Made by a program: the position numbers and the translations under genes. 64,000 nt of DNA from assembly GCA_904063045.1 (NCBI GenBank), contig CAJFCJ010000009.1:1736968-1800967 (forward strand), given 5' to 3'. Below are positions 23,442-36,877 of this stretch, piece after piece. How positions within the stretch are numbered: the stretch's first letter is position 1; the number at the start of each line of letters is the position of its first letter. Below the pieces are notes generated by a model that saw only the letters and a program-made list of their open reading frames with translations, did no database searches and had not been told where the DNA came from. The stretch comes from Dimorphilus gyrociliatus (taxonomy: Eukaryota; Animalia; Annelida).

Positions 23442-25221
23442 TGTCAATTGTAGGGAACTGTTTCAATAAACGTGTCTATTAATGTTACTAAAAATAAGAG
23501 AGACAGAGAGAGAATACACTGTACATGTATAGAACAATTAATAATATGAATAACATAAGCTTACGCTTATATATCATCTCATATAAATATCATCTTTCTG
23601 AACATGAAAAAAACGACTAGTTGACTTTCCACATTGATTATTTTAAGGGCGTTTTATGTTTATTAATATTTTATACTATTACTTTCTAACAATCTATTCA
23701 AACTTATAATTTTACGTTTTGTTGATCTTTTCCGGCCATATTTGAATTCCTCCCTACAAGAATTTCTAATAAACTATTGAACTACTTTGAATTCTATTAT
23801 TCAGTATTTGAAACGTCAACGACCTGTTACTGCATCTTAAATCTATGCAGTCCTGTTAAGAGAATTATATATTAGTATATTAATTTGTATTTATATACTG
23901 TATATACTTGTATATATTCTGTAAATTATTTATAAAACAATTCAGCATTTAGAAGATAACAGGAAATTATCAATTATATTAATAAACTTTAGAAAATAAA
24001 ACTTCTTCAATTAGTAAATAAACAAACGAAAGACAAATGACAAAAGAAACAATGCCGAATATCTTAATAAAAAATTATTTCTACATTTAACTCACCTCAA
24101 ATTTTTATTTAAACTATTCTAGAGTTTTCAACGTCTCTCTCAACACTTTTTTGAGAATTGAATGAAAGAAAGTAAATTTATCGAATAGGCCTATATTTAA
24201 TCTGGTTGCTTACCAAATGATATTTTTAATATAAAAAGAGTTGATTTTCCTACAGCAGAAAATTCTAAATAGTATACTTCTGGCTAGATTTTAATAGAGT
24301 GAATTGAATATTAATACGAATGCTGAATATGACTCATTGCATCATAGCAAACCAAGTAAAGTCGTGATATAAGTTTTTTCTCCCCATGTTCAAGTGACTA
24401 TGATTCAAATATAAATGTAAAACGTATTATTCTTATCAATTCCCCATCTCTCAATATTAAACAATTGGCAGTTGAGTTGAAACTTTTGAAATTCACTGTC
24501 GACCCTACTTGTGCTTGTTTAAATATTAAAAGCTGATTTACGTTATATTTAACAGAACAATATAGCTTCAATACCCAGAAGTGGGATTGTATTTCTTATT
24601 GTAGGCTTAAAATTTCAGTTCATTTTCTTACTTTAGCACTGTAATATAGTATTTATATTGTGGAATAAATATCCTTTTTTTTCAATAGGAAATTGTCATA
24701 TACATTTTCTTATTTCTTAGTTGTTTAATTTCTAAGTTGTGCTATAGATTTTGTCTCAATAAATGAGTATTATTAAAATATATACTATATACAGTATATA
24801 CACGTATTTCTTCTACCTATGTACGTGTAAATGTTCTATTATTTAATTATACTTTTCATTGAAATAACTTAAAAAAAATTCTAATGCCTTGAAATGTACT
24901 TGAAACTTTATTTTTCTCCTTGCCCTACAGGTGACCTGAGTCACGTAAGTCACGCAAGTCTGACTATACTTCTAGACTAGACAATTGTTCTCTGTACTGA
25001 ACGAAAAAAGTAATAATACTAGGGAACATACCAATCGAAAAGGACATAAGTGCATGGAAATAATAGAAAAGATGCAAAGCTATTCATTGAAAAAAAAATT
25101 GAATTGATATAACTCATATTTCAATCTTTCTGGTCTATATACTTAAATATTCAACCGTTATTACATTTAAAAAGGAATTATAGTATATAAATATATTTCA
25201 TTCTGTAGTATTTATATTGCA

Positions 25222-28200
25222 TTAGTTTGAAACTTTCTCTTCGTTCTTGTCAGTTTTTATTGAGCTGTTCTTGTGAGCTAGTTTCTTCCATTTTAGTAAG
25301 TTTATACTTTAAGGTTTAAAAAAAAATTGAAGCATTTAGTAGAGAGATTAGACTGTAAAACAAAAACGTACTTTGACCATTCAACGAGACATTTACATTC
25401 TGGTAGAATTTCAGATAATAGTTCGTAACATGGTAAACAAATACCCACAATAAATCCTATTTCTAGTTCGGGAAGTTCGTCCTTTTTCTCTCTATCCATC
25501 ATTGGAATTACTTGCATACCCAATTGCTTTTCTTCGTCACCCTCCATTAAGGAATTGTAGAATGATAGAATGATATAAATAAAAAATGTTAAAAATTATT
25601 CTTATTTGATTAAGGTATTACTTGATTCCAAAATTCTTCCATAACTACAAAGACCAATTGTAATTGTAAGGACCACGGTTTATACATGTTACATAAATCC
25701 GAAGTTGTCATAGTAATAGCCATTGTAAGATTTCTACTTTGTCTATCGTTCCAGCCAAACTTTCCAGAGTCATAAATCTCTCTTAATTTCGCCCTATTAC
25801 CAAAATACAAAGCCAAATCTGTAGCTAAAATACAATGTTTCATTATAAGTAGGACTTCTTCGTATTCATCAGGAGTAAAATATTCAAATATGTTATGCTC
25901 CGGATACTGCAAAATAACTGTTGTTTGTTGAAAATGATGTTGTTCCATTGTACTAGTTGGGTACATTAGGGCAAGAGGAGCTTTTCTATTAACTAGATGT
26001 TGATTTGTGTATCCTCGATGATCAACATCGTGACATAGACAAGCTATATAAATAGCCATGACCTAATTATATATAAATATATAAAATAAGATTTTAAGTT
26101 AAAATAAACAACGATCGAATAATAAAAGAACCTCTAAAGGTCTAAACTGATGAGAAGTAGACTTTAAGATGCTATATGCGGCATTAGCAACACTAAATGC
26201 ATGAGCCCAATTATGATATGGTATATTTCGATAGTGTTTTCTAACGGTAAGAACAAACTTCATCATTGTTTGTAAATTAAACCTAAAAAAAAGTTTCAAT
26301 GTATAGTTAACAGTATTAAATTCTTTATTTATGCATATTTCTCTTACTTCATATCCGGTCTCGATTTCCTTTTATAAAAATATTCCACTGTTTAGTATCA
26401 TTTTATATAAAATACTATTAAAAAATATACATACTGAACCATGACCATTAATTCTTTAAACATGAACAACACTATGACAGGACGTTTTTCACTCTTTATC
26501 GACCAGGGAGAGAAATCGAATTTTGTAAGTACTGGAAAAGATTCAGGTATCTTTTCTTTTCTTAGACTTTCTATCTCTTCTGGAGTTGCTGTTACTTGAT
26601 AATGAAGCGTATCATAGGCTATCTGATTCCTTAATTTTAACGAATTAAACTTATCAATTATCTTTGCGTATTGTAAAGTAAGAGCGCAACAAGTGCTAAT
26701 ATTTTCAATTAAATTCTCATCTTCTTTAAGGAATCTTCCATCAATTTTATTAATAAGTTGAAGAACGCCAATGGTCCTTTAATATATATATATATATATA
26801 TATATGCATATTGCAATTGGAAAATCAATGTTTAAATTAGATACCTTCTCCTTATGATAATTGGGCAACAAAGTGTTGTTTTAATATTAAAATCTAGGTC
26901 ATCGTTCATTGATCCATTACACCTAGAATCTTGAATTGTGTCCGTTATATTTAAAATTTTACCATTTCTAACTGTCCAACCAATACAACCAACATCAGCT
27001 GAATATCGAATTTCTAATGAACCTTTATGAGTTTCATTTGTAAACTCTTCAAAATTTTTACTATAAACTTCATTATTCTTTTGATCTACAAGAAATATAA
27101 GCGATTTTTCGGCACCTAATAATTCCTTAGATATTCTCTACTATGTGGGAAAAAGAGGCCATACTATTTTAAATCATCCTTATTGTTTTTATTAGTATAT
27201 GTATATATATATACGTTACCAAAATCTTATTCAGTACATCGTCTATTGGAAATTTCTCATTATATAACGATCTATTTAATTAAAAAATGATGTTAATGAT
27301 TAAACACAAATTAATAAAACGACTATATATAGTACTAACTTAATTGTAGATATCGTAAACTTGTTTAGTTTATCCTGTTGCCTTTGAAGACGTTTTAACT
27401 AATAATTAAATACAATATATACACAATAGACTGTATAAGGATTATTCATACCTCAAATCCGTAGAATAGCATATCCGATTGATAGCTAATAGTAGTTAAA
27501 AACTACAATATAGTAAATATTTATTATTAACGTAAAGGAAAGATAATAAATCATTAACATTTTCCTCAGTTTCCGTAAAAGGGAAATTTAAGGATATTCG
27601 ATAAATTTCTATTACACCAATTAATTGAGATTCTTCAATATTTATGATTGGACATGTTAGAATTGAAGTTTCTTCTTCATCGCAAATATTACTGTTTAAA
27701 CCCTCCGGAAAGTTTTCATCCTATAAATAAAGTATATTTAATACAGAAGAATAAAAGACTAATTTATCTGAAAGTACAATTTGTAGATCTTTTGAACAGT
27801 TTACTCTAATAACTTGATTTTTAAATGCTGAATAAGCGGCAATATTTCCACCTGGCTCAATTCTCCAAGATAGTAAGCTATTAGCTTTATTTCTATAGGA
27901 ATAGTATAAAATATCAATATATGCTATTTGTTAATTAAATAATTAAACAATTTTACCCTCTATTAGGTGATGAAAAATATATTGTTTGATTTCCATCATC
28001 ATAAGGATAGGCGTTATAACCGTCAGCTGAGAAAACTGTTTAATATAGAATTATATTATGAATATTCAAATTTAATTAATTATCAATTAGTTAATATTCA
28101 CTCTGAGATAGAGTTTCTCCTAATCTATGAAGAAAATTAACGGAATCTGCAGAGTCAGTAATATATTTTGCCGATTCAAAGAATTTCCTACGAATATCAT

Positions 28201-29525
28201 TCTGTTGAGATCCTAAACTTATCCTTCTACCTATTAATAGTATAGTTTTTGAATATTAATTAGCTATAATATATTCATAAATTTAATTAGAAAAGATAAA
28301 AAATAAATCATTACTAGGACGTTTTTTCGTCTCTTTCCATGCATCGATTCTCTCTGAATTAGCATTTTTGGAAACAAACTTATCCAAAAATGATGGATTT
28401 CTAATCAAGTATCTTTCAATTCTCTCTTCTTCATCCTTATCTAAAATATTTCGATATTTTAATGAATACATAAAGAGTATACTTAATTATATGATAAAAA
28501 CGTCTACTTTCATTTCAACAAACCTCTTAGTATACTTGCTCTTGTGCTCATTAATAAATATATAAATATATATACATATACATATGTATATATATTTCTT
28601 TATATTATTGTTATCAATAGAAATTTATTATGCTTTCTATCCTTTAGCATTATATGAAAATTAACAGTGATGTCATAAGATTTTAATAGGCCTGTATTAA
28701 TAATTCTGAAAACTATCGTTCTTACTGTATATACTTCTTTTTCTTTATTCAATAAATTGTTATTATAAACTTTGATTATTAAATTAAACGTTTATTAATT
28801 ATTAATATCTTTGCTTAAGACTAAGTTCTATATCTATTCTTTTCTCTCCTCTTTCTCTCTTCTTCTTCTTCTTCTTCTTCTTATCCTTCTTCTCTTTAGC
28901 TAATCGTCTAGTAATGAATTTCTGTTGATTCTTTTCGTAAATGGTAAATTTAGATCGTTTTTCAATTTTTGGTCACGTGACTCGGGTGAAATTTTAGAAA
29001 GGTTTTGTATAAGTTCTTGTCTTGTATTGCGAATATCCATAAAATAGTAGATCTAATTTAGAACAGATTCAAGATAATAAATAAGATTAATTATTATTAA
29101 AGACAATTTTTCGAGTGTACTTGCGAACAGTCTGAAGTAAAGAGATTAGGAGTGGGATATCGATAATCTTGATATTTCTCGGGATTAAGTACTGTATATT
29201 CCTCACTTGTATTTTTTTTTTGTAATAATTTGATAATTTTATTATATTTTTCCTTCATATCAACTTTTATATTATAATCCTGTAAAAATTGATTATCTCT
29301 AATTTCAGTAGTCCTCTTATCATTCAGATTTGCCCCTTGTCCGTTATCAAGATCAGAAACGGATAATGATGCCGTGCTTAATTTAGTAAGGATTGTTTTG
29401 TTTTTATTTAATAATTTATCGGGTTTATTTACTAGTCTTTCAGTAGGATAAATTTCTACATTATTCTTTTTATTCTTCAAGTGATACTCTTTAGGTTTTT
29501 TGTCGCTTTTCCCTGTTTTTCTCAT
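25222..29525 (-). CDS. PDE10A: GAF-domain cyclic nucleotide phosphodiesterase, PDE10A-like
   Basis: ERYLIRNPSFLDKFVS (PDE10 N-terminal motif), GAF exons, IPYHNWAHAFSVA, CLCHDVDHRGYTN, STMEQHHF, ILATDL, TSDLCNMYKPW, MDREKKDELPELEIGF. First exon 29525..~29110 is inferred. Confidence 0.88.
28858..28882. repeat. (TCT)n microsatellite in a pyrimidine tract within PDE intron 1
   Basis: Read directly. Confidence 0.85.
28972..28981. promoter_or_regulatory. Perfect palindromic E-box/CLEAR motif GTCACGTGAC
   Basis: Exact 10-bp palindrome in the first PDE intron; function inferred. Confidence 0.45.
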
Positions 29526-30097
29526 GGAAAACTATATTTATATTGATAGTTTTATTTTGTGTTTACTTTTTATGGAGATTTTTTATTTTAAAATTCTTTA
29601 TTATTTCATCTATTTTACATATTCTATAAAAGTATTAATAGCGCTATTTATTAATTACTGTAGAGCTGTTTCTGATTTCATATATATCGCTATTATCTTT
29701 GATATTCCCGCTATAAAATGAATATTTCACTAACAATTCTGTTTTTTAGTAATAAAATTTGGAAAGAAAAAAGTTATGGCTGTCATATATGCTTAACAAT
29801 GACCGCCATTTTGGAAATACTCTTTGATAACATTGAGCTGTACAATACGCATGGTACGGTGATTTCTTTAAAAAGTAGAGGGAAATTTAAAAATCTTCTC
29901 TTTGTAACAGACTAAACGATAATTTCTCATTCAGATGTTGTATGTTCAGAGTTAAGACTAAAAATATGATGGACTAATATTTAGACGATTATAGAGAATT
30001 AGATTTTGAGATATCATTTTGAAATAATTTGGGCGATAATACAACACTTCATAAAAACTAAGGTTATTTCTACAGTGGCAGAGAGAATCTGACGAGG

Positions 30098-33000
30098 ATG
30101 ATTGTTTTCAAACAATGCGATAACATCGAACCTTTTGGCAAGTCATTTTTAGAATATCACCCTGCTAGCGGCGGAGATAATGAATCGAGGAGGGCCTCCA
30201 TGGGAATGAACCTCCTACGGGATCTTCATAATTTCAATTTAAGCGAAGATACTCAGGTTTATATAACACTTAAATTTGTGATATCTTGTAAACTAAATAT
30301 ATATTCATTTCATAAATATAACCACCAAACAGCAACATAAGTGGAGAATTCAAAAAATATCTATCTATCCTGGTGATCAAGGTTTAGATGGTTCTGAAGG
30401 ATTATGCAGCGAAGAAGAGTTGTACTATAAAGAAAGGACTGTTGTCTGGAGCACAGGAAGATTTGTCCGTAAGGCCATATGTTCGTTTTCTATGAGAACA
30501 AGTGTTCAACAAGCCTTTTGGTGTTCATTTTTAATTTCCAAGAATACTGGAAACAAAACAAGAGGTACGAAAAAAGATATCAAAATAGTTTTATTAGCCA
30601 TCCTAATTTAAATGTATATTTTTTGTACAGTGGAGACTGAATCTGGAGTTGGTATTGTAGAGAGGAGTGCTTTTTCCTTTTATCAGAAAAATGGATGGCA
30701 TTACAATGTGGCTGTCCCTTTTGCTGTATGTAGTCTATTCTTGCTGCATAAAAACTTTCCTTCTCCACTAAATAAAACATTTATATACTTATATATATAT
30801 ATATATATAGGTTGAAAAAGCGTGGCCTATTATGAATGGAGTGCTCATTGAATATACCCATAGTATATCTCAATCATCCAGCTATGGTGGCTCAGCTTAT
30901 AGAAAGAAACATCCGATCCTTTTCAGTATTTTGCATCCGTTGCAAGAAGTCGTTCCGGTGATTCAGAAAAAATTAAATACGAATAAAGTGTCATACGTAG
31001 ATAATACAGATTGGAGGGTAGTTCATGTTTCCATCGATCCAAGCTTTATAATAATCTTCGATACTCTTCGAAGATCTCATTCCATCTATCTAATAAGAAG
31101 GTGTCGTAATGAAGAGGTACAGCATCTTAAAAAGTTATTTATTCCTGTACAAGATGATGATTATTTAATTTTTATTTCCAAAATAGATAAGATCAGTAAT
31201 GGGTCTTGCTGAAGAAACAACTCAATCAACAACAATTATGTCATCAATGTCGAAATTAACTTTATCATCTTACTCACCCAGTTCATTCTCTCCGTCGTCT
31301 CTTTTTCGCTCTCCGAACATTTCAAAATTGTCAACTTCTAGATTGTCTATATCTAAACCACACTCACCGTCTTTGTCAAGAAGAAGTCCAAAAATTGGAT
31401 TTGGTTCAAGATCTCATCAGTCTACAACTCCGAATCAATCTAGATTTCAGGATGCAACAACAAGTATGCCACCGGATGGTTTAACTCCTCTGCAACCAGA
31501 TGTTTGTCTAGATCAAATGTGGAGCGAAAGTGGCAATTTGGAGAATCATAGAGCATCCAAAGCTTTTACAACATGCGATTTTTGTTTACAAAGATATATA
31601 TGTTTAGTTGTTCCGAAGCAAAATTGTATCAAATGTATTAAATTCGAAGAAACTAACGATAAAATGCAGTTGGTTTTGGGTAGCTTATCTATAGTTTATG
31701 GCTTTGATGCAGTAAACGTAGAAGCTAGAAATATGATGTTAGTATTGGAGACAAAAGGTAGCCTAGTCTTGTACAGTGGAGTCATGAAGATTGGGGAAGT
31801 TTTCCTCAACGGCATAACAACAAACGTTCCATTAGCATCGTCGAGAAGACAATCATTAGCTACAACGGCAATGATGACTGACGACGAAATGCAAGATATG
31901 CAATTATCTCCTGTTCAAACAGTTCAAGATATGGAGGGAGACGACCTACTGTTAAACGTGCTTTCCAGAAAAGGTAGTCTATTATCACTTCATTCAAATA
32001 TAAATGATACAGTGATAATAGAAACTGTTGCCAATGAATATATTAGAGTATCAGTTCCGGCAATTTCGGAAGATTACATTCTGTCAAAAGTTTTAAACGC
32101 TTTGCTATATTCCCTACCAAGGGATTTGGGACTTAATCTTATTCAGAAATGGTATGTTATGAAGACATTTCCAGGAAATGAAAATGGTCGATCAGAATGG
32201 GATAACTTTTGTTTTTGTTTAATAGAATCTTTTGGTATAAATTGTGATCTATATTTTTTTAAAGAATACGACAATGGAGAAGTAATTAAATTTTTCTACT
32301 ATATCTTAGTATAATTATTATATTTTCCGATTTTTTCCTTTTCAGACAGGAAGATACTGCGCAGAAGATACGAAAAGACACAAGAAAACTGATGAACCAT
32401 CTGACGAGGTTGTTATTAAATTGTTATTCTAAGTATTTCTTTTTTATCATTTTTATCTTCTTAACCCAGGATTGGAATATTATTTTGGACTCTCAAATTC
32501 ATCAGTTATTAGACAGCGAATGCTGTAACGTTCTCAATCTACCTCCAACTGAAAAGTCCAACAGGGACACTAATCATTCGACTACATCATATTCTGTTGA
32601 ACCATCAGCATTTCTATTACGCCATATTGGAACTGTTTTATATTCTCTACATATTATTTACAACGAATTAATTCTGGATAATTTCTATTCTAATAGTTTA
32701 AGGCCACTTTCTCAGTTGCTTATGTTCTTAGCAACTCAACTTCAATTGACAAAATATTGCGAAATGTATAAATTAATTGAACCGTCGTTATGGAATACAC
32801 AATACGAGAGTGTTCATCTTTCGGATACAATTAAGACGGCAGCCGTGAGTCAAATTCCAAATAAACCTCAAAATCTATTCGACTGGTGCTTGAATATTTT
32901 AACTAAAAAGGAAATCACTCCTATTGTCTATATTCCTGGACAAACCAATTTAACCATCAACGTTGCTGTAATATATTGTGCGTTGATGGAAGGCAAAAGC

Positions 33001-36000
33001 GATTGTAAGTTTATTTTGAAGAAGCTATGTGCCGGACCAAGAGCAAGGAACATATGCAAAGATTTGATTCTACCGAATATCAAATGCAAAAATTTAACAG
33101 AAAAGCTGGTTCTTTTACTTGATCATTTTGGAGGTGAAGAATTAAAAATGAGATTACCAAACGCCATATTAATACCTGTTCTAGAAGCGGCTTTGTTAAC
33201 TAAACCTACTCCTCCTTTGGATTGGCCTAAGTCAGCGTATTCTTTAATATCGAGACCAGATTTGAAGCAGCAAATGGAATTTGAGTATCATTTTATTGAA
33301 AGTAGACTAGACATGGACGGAAATGAGTTCTCATTAAGATCAGTAAAAAATCCTAAGAGATCCTTAGATGGTATGGAATTTGTAGAGTTTGATGAAGCTT
33401 TGCGACTTCGTTTTCCAAATGATAAACGTACTGGAGAGATAAGAAAACTTCTATGCACTTCCAAACCTGTCTTAATTAATATGGTTCCAGGAAAAATAAA
33501 GACTGAGAGTATGGCGATTGAGAAAAGAGAAGAAATTTTAAAGTCCACCTTACCTCGAAGTATGGCATTATCTGTCGGACGTGGAGCTTTCTCGTTAGGG
33601 ACTTGTAGACCTTTGCCTACAGAACCACATCCTATTCCTGAACTCTGTTTGTGGGGTCGAGTAATTCGTAAGCAAACGCGAGTTGATCTTGGTGAAAAAG
33701 GAGAAATGAAAACAAGAAGAATTTGGCCAGACTTCCACAATGGTGTAGCAGCTGCTTTGAGTATTGGAAGTTCTAAGCATATTGATTCTACATGGATCTT
33801 AAATCATAGACCCAATAGTGGTTTACTTGTTGATCAATTAACTCCATCTCATTCTGGATTCTTATTGGGCCTTGGACTAGGTGGACACTTGGAGAAATGC
33901 ACAGAGGAAATACTCCATGATTACTTTTCAAAGCAACAGGAGCTTGCGACAATAGCTTTAATTCTTGGCTATTCGGCGGCCAAACGCACAACTCAGAATG
34001 AACTTGCTGTCAGAACAATTGCTCTTCATTTACCCGCTTTACTCGTTCCAACTTCTACACAACTCGATTTACCTTTGAACGTCCAGATTGCCTCTATGAC
34101 CGGCATAGGATTACTATATCAGGGAAGTGGACATAGTCATATGGCTAAAATCATGCTCAACGAAATAAATAAGCCAGCAGGTCCTGAATTGGATAATAGT
34201 GGAGATTTGGAAAGTTATAGTTTAGCTGCGGGTTTCAGTTTAGGTCTAATTTGTTTAGGAAAGGGGACATCGTCAATGAATTCATACGAAGTGTTAGATT
34301 CATTACATCATTACATAAACGGCGGTTTAAAACGCGCATATGTAAGTAGCGTTAATATTTTATTTCATAACCTCTTTAAAAATAGTTTGCAAATATTTTT
34401 AGACGGGTACCACTCAAGATTTGTACAAAACTCCGAGCGTACTTGTCCATGATGGAGACAGCGTTAATACAAATGTTACAGCACCAGGAGCTCTGGTTGC
34501 AATAGCTCTTATGTTTCTAAAAACTCATAATAAGTTCGTTTATAACGTAAACATTACAAATTTTTAATGAAATTAACGAAATTTATTATTTATAAATAGA
34601 GCTGCAGTTGATCTATTACGAATCCCCGATACTCAAAAAAATCTAGAATATGTAAGACCCGACTTACTTATGTTGAAGATTATAAGTCGTAATCTTATAC
34701 TTTGGAACGATATTTTACCTACAGAAGAATGGCTACTATCAAACATACCAAAGGTAGAAATTGTATAATTGCAACAATAGTGCCTCCTTATTCGAATTTT
34801 AATTATTTTTTTAATAGGTTGTTAAGGATGCTGCCGATACTATAGAAAATCCAGAAAATTCTGATGATGTTGACTATGAAACAATGTTACAAGCGTACGT
34901 GAATATTATTGCAGGAAATTTATTTTCCTTATCTCTGAAATATGCTGGATCGAGTAATAAAATGGCAGCATCATTAATAAAGCAACAAATGGAGTTATTT
35001 ATAAAATATTTAACATCGGCATCTTATGCTAGATATTTACAATTAGCTGGGAGATATACTGTTGAAAACATCCTAAGTATACTTATAGTAGCACTCGCTA
35101 CTGTTGAAGCAGGTTCTGGAGATTTAGAAGTTCTACGATATTGTAGATATATTCTAATAGGCTTTAATAACTCAAACAAGAACAAGCAATTGTACGGTAG
35201 TTTTATGGCGGCATCTTTGGCAACTGGTTTTATTTTGTTGGGAGCTGGAAAGTAAATTTAATATGTTTTTATCTTATACAATTGAACTGTTCTAATTGTT
35301 TAACATTTCTTCATAGATATACTTTTGGAACAACTAATTCTGCAGTAGCAGCACTCTTTATGTCTCTATTTCCAAAGTGGCCAATACATAGTTCCGATAA
35401 TCGTTACCATTTACAGGCCTTACGTCATTTATACGTTTTGGCTACGGAACGACGTGTATTATTTACAAGACACGTTGATTCTACAGAATTTGTAACAGTT
35501 CCTATTGAAATTGAATTAAACGATTTAAGTATTTTGAATGTTCAAGCCCCGTGCGTATTGCCACCACTTGAATTAATTAGAGGAGTTAGACTAAAATCAG
35601 AAAGGTATTGGCCAATATCATTTGTTGGATGTGAAATTGAAACCTTGAAAAAGATACTTGCAAAATCATCAACACTTTTATTGAAATTGAGATCTGGAAA
35701 TCTATCATATGATCAAGATCCTATGGTAATATATATATATATATGTAGTATATTTATACATTGATTGATTAAAAATAATATAAAATTTAGGGACATCATT
35801 ATCACTCTGATACCGTTGAGAAGGAAGTTGGTAATACACTTTATGACGCTCTTCTTGAGAGAAAATCTGAAAAGAGAGATACAGCCGCTTGTAAACTTAT
35901 ACAAGCAAATGAAATAAAAACATTTACATTCGATCGTCATTTACATGAATTTGTTAGAATTATATTTGAAAATGCTTCAGATTGCGTAAGAATAGCTTTA

Positions 36001-36636
36001 TCTTTGAATAGCCTACAAATTCTTTCTCTAATTACTTCTTTTAATTTATATAGAGAACTCATCCAGTTGAATTTAAGGCAATGATGCATTTATCAACAGC
36101 AATTAGAGAATGTGTTTCTCAAGATAAATTAGAAGCTTTATCCGTCCATTGTCAATTGGTTAATGACGTTTTAGTTAAACCAAAAGCTTCTTTAACACCT
36201 AAAATAATACTTGGAGTTAAATTGATCGATAAGTGGCTGGATAATTGGAAATATCAAGAAAATTCAATTCGTTTTCTAAGCATTGAAATTGGAAGACTAC
36301 TCAAAGAAAATATTAATACAGCTTTGTACGATTGGATGAAAGGTGTGTCTCTCTCTCTATCTTGTGCTTTTAGTACAAGTTTTAAATTGTTAATTTCCCT
36401 TTTTTAATACAGAAAACAAAGATATTATTCTAAAATATCTAAATGGCCAATGTTTTACGCAACTCTCCCAATCAAATGCTAATATGCTAAGCTCAATTGT
36501 TGTTTGGTATGGCCTAGAACACGGCTGCCTCGAAGGAAAAACAATGTCTGGTTCATCTAAATCAGAGATTATGTTTAAACTATTATCAATAGGACTTAAT
36601 AAGGAAGTTGTCCTGCAATTATCTAATTTGATATAA
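30098..36636 (+). CDS. ANAPC1: Anaphase-promoting complex subunit 1
   Basis: IEPFGKSFLEYHP N-terminus; SP-rich loop; WPDFHNGVAAAL, HSGFLLGLGLGGHL, GLLYQGSGHSHMA, ESYSLAAGFSLGLICLGKG (PC repeats), DNRYHLQALRHLYVLATE. Confidence 0.93.
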
Positions 36637-36877
36637 CTACTATTTAATATTTGTTTTTTCTATAACTGTGTCAAGTTATCTACCATCTAAAAACGATAAA
36701 ATAAAAAAAAAATACATTTATTTCTTTTATTTTTTATATTCCTTTTTTCGTTCAGTTCTTTTTAAATTTCAAAACAATATTTTGCTATGTTTTTATCCAC
36801 GTTTTTGCATTAATTAGACGAAAGTATACAAACTTTGACGGAAAATTGACTAATCAGACAAACAAAAATGAGTTTTC

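Noticed and set aside
24669-24677. ATATCCTTT, a U12-type AT-AC donor consensus
   Set aside because: Intergenic, with no associated exon or convincing U12 branch point and AC acceptor.
29500-29915. Plus-strand ORFs between PDE and ANAPC1
   Set aside because: F/I/Y/L-rich translations typical of AT-rich non-coding DNA; this is the divergent promoter/5'UTR region.
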